This document shows, piece by piece, positions 39,819 through 50,612 of a DNA stretch of 64,000 nt; position 1 is the stretch's first letter, and every line of letters begins with the position of its first letter. The stretch is from Sphyrna mokarran (taxonomy: Eukaryota): positions 1,922,001 to 1,986,000 of the forward strand of contig JAGIQG010000043.1 in assembly GCA_024679065.1 (NCBI GenBank). Reading direction: 5' to 3'. Below the pieces are notes generated by a model. It made no database searches and was not told the origin of the DNA. It worked only from the letters and a program-made list of their open reading frames with translations. Position numbers and translations under genes: made by a program.

Positions 39819-40148
39819 CTTTTCGTTTTTCTGCTGTTTTGGAATTCGACACACTTCTCGTCCAAGTTTTCCCTGGAGTCCCCAGTTGAAAAATACAAGT
39901 GCAGACAGCGCCGCTTCTCCAAGTTACCCCCGACACCATGACATGACTTCTGATGCTGTAGGTCCCGTCCTCCTCCACTGCCCCAAGATCACTCGATCCT
40001 TCAGTGACCAGACCGGAAATATTCCAGAAAACAGCAATCTGGTTGGAAGAAACTCCATTGACCAAACATACTAAGGGCACGGTATCATTCACGTCCAGCT
40101 CAGCCGGCGGGACAAAGACCAGCAGTGCCGTCTTGTTGGTGGAACTGT
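39819..40148 (-). CDS. Gene A1 exon 3: C1-set Ig domain
   Basis: 90-nt intron after V, acceptor tgtccag|, 330 nt, phase 1-1, donor G|GTGAAA. Motifs VFVPP, LVCLVNG, VFWN, DGTYSIRSHVMV, WRSGAVCTC match the C1-set pattern. Confidence 0.9.
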
Positions 40149-40238
40149 CTGGACAGAAATTGGGACACAATTAACGAATAATTTAAACCAAATGGTGTTG
40201 CTGTGAATAATCTGGATTCATTTCGCTTGCTGTCTTAC

Positions 40239-40565
40239 CTCCAACCAGTAGTGTGGGTCCATTCTCGAGCCCTGCATAACCAAGCTTACGGGCACAGTAG
40301 TAGGAACCCGAATCATCCACATGGACATGGCGAACTTCCAGTATCAATTCACGTTTGCCGTTGCCTTTTTTGGAAGTAAACTTACAATCTTTCCCCTGAC
40401 AAGGTGGGATATCGATTACTTTCGGGATTTCACCAACGCGTTGTTTATACCAGAAATAGCTAGTGATGAATTCCACCTCGTAGGTGGAGCGACAGGTTAA
40501 ATTGACCGTCTGGCCGACTTCAGCTGTCACTGTGAAAGGCCTCTGAGGTAGAGAGGGCTCGGAAC
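40239..40565 (-). CDS. Gene A1 exon 2: V-set Ig domain with germline-joined J-like G strand (VJ)
   Basis: Acceptor ttacag|, 327 nt, phase 1-1, donor G|GTAAGA. Translation has GQTVNLTC, YFWYKQ, LxLEVRHVHVDDSGSYYC and then LENGPTLLVG in the same exon. No RSS seen. Confidence 0.93.
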
Positions 40566-40789
40566 CTGTAACTAGAGAGATTATACACACATTACAACAG
40601 ATTATTTCGACATAGAAAACAGCCGTTTGAAAAATAAATAACTCGCTCGTAAATTAAGAATAATCACACTAATGTCTTCAAAAATTCTTGCTTCGATTTA
40701 TTTCCCAATTTTTATTTCTTCCTTTAAAAGCAGGAAACAGAAAAGAAACTAAACCCAATCATTGGCTCACATTTGCATTGTCGTAGCCG

Positions 40790-41100
40790 GGGAGCATGGC
40801 AGTTAGCACCAATGCCTCACAGCACTAGGCACCGGGCTTCAATCCCTGGCTTGGATAATTCTCGGTGCACATTTGTAAGATGCTGGAAGATAATGGCGTA
40901 AAGTTGGGAGAATGGGGCTGAGAAACTCGCCCTGTCTGCTTGAGTTTCCTCAGGGTCCCACAGCCCCAAAGCTGTGCAGGTTCGGTGGATTGGTCATGAT
41001 AAATTCTCCCTCCTTGACCCTGAACAGGCGCCGAACTGTGGCGGCCAGGACGTTTTCATTGCAGTGTGAATGTAAACCCACTTGTGACACTAATGCTTAA
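40790..41100 (+). mobile_element. tRNA-derived SINE in gene A1 intron 1
   Basis: Degenerate head, GGTTCGGTGGATTGGTCATG core and TTCATTGCAGTG...TGTGACACTAAT tail variant. Confidence 0.6.
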
Positions 41101-41155
41101 AAAAAACTACGTATGGCTGATGCCAATTTAAATATCTCACCTGTCACATACTCAC

Positions 41156-41210
41156 CATAAGCCCACAACAGTTGGAGAATAATTATCAGGGATAAACATC
41201 GCTGGGGCAT
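41156..41210 (-). CDS. VJ-C1 IgSF receptor gene A1, exon 1 (signal peptide MPQRCLSLIIILQLLWAY-G)
   Basis: ATG at 41210-41208, 18 hydrophobic-core codons plus 1 nt, then a consensus donor G|GTGAGT (phase 1) that joins in frame to the V exon. A same-length paralogous exon exists at 13026-13080. Confidence 0.85.
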
Positions 41211-41455
41211 TTTGCGGAGGTGAGCACTATCACCCAGCTTCCACTCCTAACAGTTTGCTTTTGGTGAGCATTCGCCGACAGACCTGGGTTCAGTCCCAGT
41301 TGATTGATGCACTTTAAGATGCGATGGAGACTATGACAAGGGGCGCAATGGAAAGTGTGACACAATACTGGGGGAAGTGACCTGCTGAATGCTACATGCA
41401 TCTGGCGCACTGTGGTGGCTACATGCGTGTCACAAAGGTCAAGAGATAGAATATT
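41211..41455 (-). promoter_or_regulatory. Proximal promoter and 5' UTR of gene A1
   Basis: Alignable to 12790-13025 (+). Conserved blocks include ACACTTTCCATTGC, ACCACA (RUNX core) and CTGGGACTGA. An ETS-like GGGGAAGTG lies at 41371-41379. Confidence 0.55.
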
Positions 41456-41669
41456 CATACGGAGCTTGACTGGCTTGTCTTTCTGAGAGGATCACAACTT
41501 AATCAATGTGCGGATATGTGCTGAATATGTAAGAAAAAGTTTAATTTATTTTCAGGGTGTGGGCTGTGAGGCTTAGTTTAGGAGAATGGCGAAGGGTGAA
41601 TCATTGAAACTTACAGAATAGTGAAAAGCCTAGGGAAGATGTTCAGAATTGTACCGAATAGAATAGAAT

Positions 41670-41955
41670 ATCTACTGTGCAAGAGGGGGTCGATTCAGCA
41701 CATAGAACCTGCACTGATAACAATCCCACCCAAGCCATATCTCCGCATTGCTACCTTACACTGCTAGCCCCCTGGCAATAAGGGGTAAGTTCGCATGGCC
41801 AGTCGAACTCCCGCATGGAGTGTGGGAGGAAACTGGAGCACCCAGAGGAAAACTGTGTGTTCACAGCGAGAATGTGCAAACTCCGCGGAGTCACGAAAGA
41901 CCAGAATTCAACCCGTGTCTATGCTGCTGTGCAGCAGCTAACCATTGTGCCACCG
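41670..41955 (-). mobile_element. HE1-type SINE upstream of gene A1
   Basis: Degenerate head, core and tail. Confidence 0.65.
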
Positions 41956-44439
41956 TTCATTAGTAGAAGAGATTAGGCTCCTGGAGCACAGCTTTAGAGT
42001 AAAGTGTTGACCCTTTTGAGCCGAGGTGAGGGAGAATTTCTTCAGTCAGAGTGCGATGAATCTGTGAAATTTATTACCACAGAAGACTGTGGAGGGCAAG
42101 TCATTGAATGCATTTAAGACAGAAATAGATATTTGATTTGTAAGAAGCTGGAAGCTAATGGAGTAAAGTTGGAAGAATGGGGCTGAGAAACATATCAGCC
42201 ATGGATGGCAAAGCAAAATCAATGGGCCGAATGGCCTAATTCTGGTCACTTGGCTGAGGCCGCTAATATTAACTAATTCAGTGGGCCGGTTGATCAAGGT
42301 TGGTGAGTTACCTTAACAGAACACAGAGCACAGAACATTGAGCAATACAGCACCGGAATAGACCCTACAGCCTTCGATGTTTTGCTGTAAATGACACCTA
42401 ATGAAACTAATCCCTTCTGCTTGTGTGGGTCATATCCCTCTATTCCTTGCATATTCGTGTGCTGAACTAAAGGCCCCTTAAACACCCCTATCTCTCCTGC
42501 CTCCAATACCAGCCTAGGCAGGGCGGTCCAGACACCTACCGCTCTCTTTGCAAAACATTTATCCCTCACATCTTTGAATTTCTCCCTATCATCTTAAGTG
42601 CATGCCCCTTGATATTTGACATTTCATGTCTGGGGAAAAAGAAAAACGTTGACTGCCAAACTTTTTCAAGGAATATCATAATGTAATAGACTTCTATCAG
42701 GTCTCCGCTCAGCTTCTGCTGCTCCAAAACAAAAACAACTTCTACACCTTCTCTATGGCAATCCATTTGCTAACCAACAGCGCTAAATAAGACGGGGGAA
42801 TCCAGTATTTTGACCTCATCATACCAAAAGAACAGAGATAGATTTCCAAATGGTTGTCTGTTACTAGGAGGAGAGTGTGATGGTGATGATGTCGCTATGC
42901 GTCTGCTGCCTTTATCCTTCTGGACGATTAATTTGTGGGATTTGCAAGATGAACGACAGAAAAATAGACTGAATGCTATGAGCCATTCTGAAACAAAATG
43001 TATTATTTTTACAATTATTGACATAGAAACATAGGAAATATTAGCAGGAAGAGGCCACTCAGCCCTTTGGAACTGTTCCGCCACCAATTTTGATCATGGC
43101 TGGCTATCAAATTCAATATACTGATTCCCTTCTCCCCATATCCCTCAATCCCTTTAGCCCCAAGACGTATATATAATTTCTTCTTGAAATCACATTTGCC
43201 CACAACTACTTTCTGTGGGACTGAATTCCTTACATTCGCCATCCCCTGTATGAAGAAATTTCTCCTCATCTCATCCCTTATCCTCAGACTATGACTCCGA
43301 CTTCTGGACTACCTGAACAATTGGAAATTTTCTATGTGAATCAATTTTATCATTTCTGCGACATCCCCTCTTACTGTTCTAAACTCCAAAGAATACAATC
43401 CTAACCGGTTTAATCTCTCCTCATATGATAGGCCTGTCATCCCAGGAATCAGCCTGGTAAACCTTCGCTGTACTCACTCTATAGAAAGGGCATCCTTCCT
43501 GAGATAAGAACGCCAAAACTGTACACAATACTCCAGATTTACTTTTGGTATTGCAAAACGTTTTGGGCTCAGCCACTTTGTGTGGTAGTGAATTCCACAC
43601 TTCCATCGCTCTCTGGGTCAGGAAATTTCACCTCAGTTCAGTCCGGAAAGATTGAAGCCATGTCCTTAAACAATGATCACTAGTTGGTGACACAACCTGC
43701 CTGCACAGAAACTGGAATATAATGGATGGACTGTGAGTGCACATATTTAAGATGCACAGTGGCAGTTGTTTCAATATTCCCTATGTGAAGAGAAGTACAC
43801 TGTCTCTGATTAAGGGGACACATTCCTTAGTTAGTGAAGCTGGGTATCTGTAACTTTTCTTCCAAACTGGAATTGAAGAATCTAGTGCATTAATGACGAG
43901 ACTGTAAATGAGGTCATTCAGAAATAGCCTGGTCTTTGCTCATTGTATCAAAGCCGAGCGGCAGACCACTTCTACTTGTGGTTTCGAGCTTCGATCTAAG
44001 GTGTGCCCTGAGCAGGGAGCTCTGAGCTCGCAGCTTCTCAACTGTGAAAACAAGCAAACCACTGAGAGCTTCTGGCTCAAATATTTTTTCCATCAGCGGT
44101 GTAAAGTGGATAGAAACGTGGCTAGCGACTTCCGCCCCTCGACGTACTCTGCATATCGCAGAACAGGCAAAGCGTCATTGTGTGGGCAAAAGGTAACAGC
44201 CAAAGGTAAGAGCCAATGCGCCTCTTTTGCTGCCACGCCAAACCCTCTGTTGCAGGTTCGACTGACTAGATGCATTTTCATTCTAGCTCCTGCACTTACG
44301 CAGAACAGTTCAAGCGCTCAGTTCCCGGTGAAGTAAGAAAGTCTTCTATCAGTATTTCATTCTACAAATCTCTTAACATCATAGAAGGGGAGGCGAAAAC
44401 CTAGTGGTATTATCGGTAGACTACTAATATAGAATATAA

Positions 44440-44745
44440 TCCCTATACTGCAGAAGGAGACCATTCGACCCATGCAGTCTGCACCGACAACAATCCTACC
44501 CAGGCCCTATCCCTGCAACCCCACATTATGTATCGCTTGAACCTATGGACCCGGGACGCTAAGGGGCAATTTACCATTGTCAATCAACTACATATATTTG
44601 GACCATAGGGGAAAAGTGGAGCACCTGGAAGAAACTCATGCAAATATGGGAGAATGAGCAAACTCCACACAGACAGTGACCCAAGCCTGCAATCGAACGT
44701 AAATCCCTGGAGTTGTGAAGTAGCAGTGATAACCACTGTGCTCCC
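44440..44745 (-). mobile_element. HE1-type SINE
   Basis: Head, core and tail similar to other copies. Confidence 0.7.
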
Positions 44746-47465
44746 GGGATCCAGACACTCAGTTGCTATTCTGGGGATCCTTGATAGGATTCCTCCAAGG
44801 CAACTGGTGGAATTTGAATTCAATTAATTTAACTGGGATTCAGAATCTACTGATGACCATGAATCCATTGTTAGGGAAAAAACATCTAGTTCACAATCTT
44901 GTTCACAGAAGGTAATCTGCCATCCTTACCTGGAGTGGCCTACATGTGACGTCAGACCCATGGCAACACGGTTGATTTTCAAATCGTTTTTATGACACTC
45001 TACTAGCAGCGGGCAATTAGTGATGGGTAATAAATTCTGGGCAGCGCGCGACGCCCATGTCCCATAAATGCATCATCCGTTTCGTTGCAACATGCATTCC
45101 CCATCATAATACTGAAGATTGTTTGCCATGATTTCCTGAGGGGTTTTACAGAGAACTTGAACATGTTTCACTGAATTTACGTCAGAAATAGGCCATATTT
45201 CCAATGAGAGAATTCAATCAGCAGAAACATCTGTCTCATTAATTAATAGTTCCATGTATTTTGTCTGTTAGAATGATGTTTATTGACCATTTGCAAAACT
45301 TTCCAAATTGATCAGGATTCTATTATTTATCGTCGTTAGGATTTGAAGTTATTAAAACAGCTGTATGGATGAGGACTGATATTCCACAGGCACTTTTTTT
45401 AAAGCATATGTTTTCTTAATTGTGTCTTGGTTTTAAGTACTACTTGTCTTTCATTTATTCACACTCTCGCCCCACTGTTCCACACACTCTTTGCCTCCCG
45501 AGAGTTCAGTGAATATCTCCCTCAAGAAAGCAAAACTAAGTATCCATTTCACTATTTTGACAAGTAATATTGCCACTCTTTTGGTCAGAGTTTCAACCAT
45601 CTTAGTGTTCAGATCGCCAACCATTTGTCCTGGTCCCTTCACAGTAATGCTCCTGTTAAGAATACCTAACAAAGCCTGGGGGGGGGTCACAGTGGCACAG
45701 TGGTTACCATTGCCGCCTTAAACGCCAGGGCTTGTGTGACTTCCTGCGTGAAGTTTGCACTTTTTCCCCGTGTCTGCATTTCCTCCGGGTGTTCCGGATT
45801 CCCCTGACTCTTCAAAGATGTGCAGGTTAGCTGAATTGGCCATTTTAAATTCTCCCTCAGTGTCCCTCGACAGGCGCTAGAGGCCTGAGTGTGTGAAATA
45901 GGGGATTCACACACTAACTTCAATGTAATGTAAACCGACTTGTGACAAATAAATTAACTTTAAATTTCTCAAGACGCGAAGGGAATCTGGCTTGTCTGCT
46001 TTGACTCCATACAAAGATGCACCATACAAAGCATCCTTGTATTACCTAAAGGGACCCGATCTTGTATGGTCCCTTCCAGAAAATACAAAGGGTTGTGAAT
46101 GAATTCATCTGAAATTTCTTGCTAACGCGTGATGTAATCAAATCACATGAACTCAGATATAGAACCATAGAAAATTACCACTCAGCCTCTAAAACGTACG
46201 GGCTAAATGATAGGGCTCTGAAGAGTACAGTTGAACAGAGGGATCTGGGAATTCAGGTACAGAATTCACTAAAATTGACCTCACTAGTGGATAGAGTGGC
46301 AAAGAGTGCTTTTGGTACATTGGACTTTATAAATCGTAATATCGAGTACAAAATTTGGAGTGTTATGCTAAGCTTATATAAGGCAACGGTGAGACCGAAT
46401 TTAGAGTATTGTGTATAGTTTCGGTCACCTAGTTACAGGAAGGATGTAAATAAGGTTGAAAGAGGGTTTTTTTTCGATCTATATGTGTATTAAAATCACC
46501 CATGATTATTGTGATAATCTGTCAACATCTGTCAACACCCTGTCAACATCTTCGTGAACTTCTGTCATGGTGGCGATTCCTGGGACAGGCTAGTTGTATC
46601 ATCCACTCGATATTTCTCGTTGAATTTTATTCCAAGTGTCTTGCCCATTAATGAACATACCGGTGTTTTTGGACCCTCTTAATCTAAAAACTGTCACTTT
46701 CAACGCCGACTGAATGGGGCAGGACAGCAATTGACAAATGACCTGCTAATGATGGGATCACTTAGCTCTGTCTATCGCATGCTGGGTTTGCTGGTTGTCA
46801 CGCAAATCGCCCTGTTTTCTACCTGAACAACGTTACACTTGATTTTCAACTTCTTCCTAGCATGCCCGCTTGTGCATATCATTTAACCAGGGTTCATCGC
46901 CCTGCTCGATATTAACTGTTGACCTGGAGGGCATACTAAATCATCATTTTTGATTAAGTTTAATTCATGCAACCTCATGGATTCCCAGAATCAAGTTTAT
47001 AAATCTCTTTTTAATTCTATTACATTTTAATAAAATAACATCAAGTTACAGAGAACATCTTCAATATGAAGATGAGAACGCTGTGTGTTAGACTTTCCGA
47101 TCTGTACGGTCACCTGTGGATGCAATGGCGACAGATAGATTGTCGGGAACTATTTCAAGTAGCTCCTATTCCGTCTTTTTGTTTCTATCATCACCAGTCG
47201 CAGTTGGACTCCAGTCAAATTTATGCCATTTAGCCCAAGGCCAGTTCAGCCAGCAGTGGCGTTATCGAGCCACGAGGTCTTCGTCACTGAATACCCCCAC
47301 GAGAGGGCATTTTGCATTTTAACACAGTCTTTCTTCGAGTGGTTTTCAAGATGGAGGAGTATTGATTCATGAGCTGAGGCGGACAATGTTTTACTTCTGC
47401 ACTTCTGCAGATTCTGTAAATGTCTGTCTAAGTTGTGCATGTTTATTGATGTTTTTTCTTTTAGT

Positions 47466-47915
47466 TCACAGGTGATTCAGTCCGCCTTGTTGACCAACAA
47501 GGGCATACACTCGTGCGACGGCTGCTCTTGGATGTTCCTTCGAGAATTGCCCAGTGTTTCACGTAGTTACTGTACGCTTAAATTAGACTATCTGACGGGC
47601 AACATGGCAGCTCAGTGACTATCACTGTTTGCTGTGCAGATACATGGATTTGGGCCGGTGTCTGTGGGAGTTTGCACATTCTCCCCATGATTGCGTGGTT
47701 TTCTCCGGGTGCTCGGTTTCCTCCCACACGCCAAAAACGTGCTCTTAGGCTAATTGGTATAATTAATTGTTCCGAAATTAGTCTTCCCTCAATCTTCCCC
47801 AATAGGCGTAGAGAAAGGTCGTGGGTAGAGGAGAGTATTCACAATGTTAAAATGGCGGCACGGGCTCGTTGGGCCGAAGAGCCTGTTCCCCGTGCTGTAC
47901 TGTTCTTTGTTCTTT
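47466..47915 (+). mobile_element. Composite SINE-like element, second copy
   Basis: Aligns to 20707-21120 (-). Confidence 0.6.
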
Positions 47916-47994
47916 GTAAAAGCTCGTGAATATAGCCCAATCCTATATTGCAAAGCAGTCTCCCAATCATTGATTCTGTCGACACTTCACAAAT

Positions 47995-48580
47995 AAGAAC
48001 ATAAAAACATAAGAAATAGGAGCAGGAGTAGGCCATACAGCCCTCGAGCCTGCCCCGCCATTCAATAAGATCATGGCTGATCTGTAGTGATTCAGTGCTA
48101 CTTTCCCACTGTCTCTCCGTAACCCTTAATTCCCTTGTCAAGTAAACATCTATCCAATCTTGACTTGAACATATTCAGCGAGGAAGCCTCCACCACCTCA
48201 TCAGGCAGAGAGTTCCAAAGATTCACCACCCTTTGTGTGAAGAAATTCCTCCTCAACTCTGATCTGAACCACCCACCCCCCATTAATCTTGAGGATGTAC
48301 CCTCTAGTCCTGCTATCTTTGCTAAGCGGGAAAAGTCTCTCAACCTCTACCCTATCGATCCCCTTCATTATCTTATACGTCTCTATAAGATCCCATCTCA
48401 GCCTTCCAAACTCCAAAGAGTACAAACCTAGCCATCCTTCCTCGAATGCGGCGACCAAAACTGCACACAGTACTCCAGCTGTGGCCTCACCAGTACCCTA
48501 TACAGTTGCAACAGAACCTCCCTTTTTTATATTCTACCCCCCTCGCTATAAAGGCCAACATTGCATTCGCCTTCTTGATC
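47995..48580 (-). mobile_element. CR1 3' fragment, subfamily with a (CTTATGTT)n-type tail
   Basis: RRNFFTQRVVNLWNSLP motif. A similar copy lies at 48971-49515. Confidence 0.8.
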
Positions 48581-48970
48581 ACCGAGAGCGCGGGATTATG
48601 AAAAGAAGACCACAGTAGACAGCGGGCAGCATCGAGAGCAGGCAGCGGAGTGAGCAGGGAGCAGAGCGATAGCTGAAAGGGTTTTGGCTCGCTGGGCTTC
48701 GGCGAGAGCAGGCTTAGGCCAGGTGTGTTACTGGTTCTGTGTTTTCCATTTCTGTGTTCATTCCTCTAAAGGTGTTTAGGTAGACGGTAGGGTTCATGGG
48801 GCGTCGCTTCAACTGCGTTGGGTGTCTTATGTGAGAATTCCTGGAGACGCCTGAAAGTACACGTCTGCATCAGGGAGAATGAGACAATAATGGATAGGGA
48901 AGCATAGTGAGGTGGAGACCCCAGAGCCCTGGGGATGGCGGGGGGTGGGGGGGGGCAGATGGGTTACTGT

Positions 48971-49515
48971 AAGAACATAAGAAACGGGAGCAGGAATCGG
49001 AAATGCAGCCCCTCGAGCCTGCCCTGCCATTCAATAAGATCATGGCTGATCTGTAGTGGTTCAGTATCACTTTCCCGCTTTCTCCCCTTAATTCCCTTGT
49101 CAATCAAAAACCTATCCACCTCATCAGGCAGAGAATTCCAAAGATTCACCGCCCTCTGCGTGAAGAAACCCCTCCGCAACTCCAATCTGAACCGCACACC
49201 CTCCCACCCCCGATCTTGAGGCTGTGCCCTTTAGTCCTGCTATCTTTGTTAAGCGGGAAGAGTCTCTCAACCTGTACCTTATCCATCCCCTTCATTGTTT
49301 TATACGTTTCTATAAGATCCCCTCTCAGCCTTCTAAACTCCAAAGAGTAGACACTAGCCTATTCAGTCTCTCCTCATAATCGAACGCCCTCATCTCCAGT
49401 ATCAGCCTAGTAAACCTTCTCTGCACCGCCTCCAAGGCCAATTTATCTTCCCTCGAATGCGGATCCAAAACTGCACACAACCCTCCAGCTGCGGCCTCAC
49501 CAGCACCCTGTACAG
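48971..49515 (-). mobile_element. CR1 3' fragment, same subfamily as 47995-48580
   Basis: RRLRGDLIETYK and FFTQRAVNLWNSLP motifs. Confidence 0.8.
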
Positions 49516-49702
49516 CTGCAAAAAGTCTTTTGGCAAAGCAGCCTGCAAAATGAAGGACACCACACACCATGAATGCTCTCTCTTCCATCTTCTTCTATCG
49601 GGAAAAAATGTACGAATATTTGAGCTCACATACCAACCGACTCAAGAACAGCTTCTTCTCTGCTTCCATCACGTACGCACAGACACATAGATAAGGAGAA
49701 TC

Positions 49703-50020
49703 NNNNNNNNNNNNNNNNNNNNNNNNNNNNNNNNNNNNNNNNNNNNNNNNNNNNNNNNNNNNNNNNNNNNNNNNNNNNNNNNNNNNNNNNNNNNNNNNNN
49801 NNNNNNNNNNNNNNNNNNNNNNNNNNNNNNNNNNNNNNNNCAAGCACACCTTAACCATCTGCCCTCTGCTGGNNNNNNNNNNNNNNNNNNNNNNNNNNNN
49901 NNNNNNNNNNNNNNNNNNNNNNNNNNNNNNNNNNNNNNNNNNNNNNNNNNNNNNNNNNNNNNNNNNNNNNNNNNNNNNNNNNNNNNNNNNNNNNNNNNNN
50001 NNNNNNNNNNNNNNNNNNNN
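49703..50020. other. Two assembly gaps (49703-49840 and 49873-50020)
   Basis: Runs of N. Confidence 1.
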
Positions 50021-50039
50021 CACATTTATAGGTACGTTC

Positions 50040-50527
50040 ATACTTTGACACACACATACTCATAGACACACATATACATACACTCACACACAAACGTGCA
50101 CACAAAAGCGTGCAGAGAAATACACTGAGAAGAAAATATTAGATTAGAGAGGCCTGTCCCTGTTCCTGTGCTGTAGTTGTTCTTTTTTCACATACACACA
50201 CACACACACACACACACTTTTACACATGCTCTCTCTCCCACTCACTCACACACAAACGCGCACACATAACCACACATGCACACACACACATACAAGCACG
50301 CGCACGCGCACACACACACAGACACACATGCCATCAAACAAACACATACTTCAACGTACAAAAACGCACATACACACGCATACATGTGCACACTCTCTCA
50401 AACACACTTACATGCTGACACACTCACAGACTCATACATTTATATGCACTCACGCACACACATACACACCCAGACAAACACAAATATACACTCGCACGCA
50501 CATTTACACGCACACAAATTCATACAC

Positions 50528-50560
<33 letters not shown>

Positions 50561-50612
50561 TTTCATACATTGGCACACACTCACAAGTGTAAACACGCGA
50601 CCAACACTTACA
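50040..50612. repeat. CA-rich simple repeat
   Basis: Direct inspection. Confidence 0.85.

Noticed and set aside
40286-40300. Cryptic RSS heptamer TACTGTG in V framework 3
   Set aside because: It follows from YYCA codons. No spaced nonamer or separate D/J segments were seen, so there is no evidence of rearrangement.
40239-40565. Assignment as IgNAR, TCR or Ig light chain, or a specific gene symbol
   Set aside because: No RSS, a long multi-exon Tyr-containing tail and an uncharged TM do not fit those loci. Exact orthology needs a database search.
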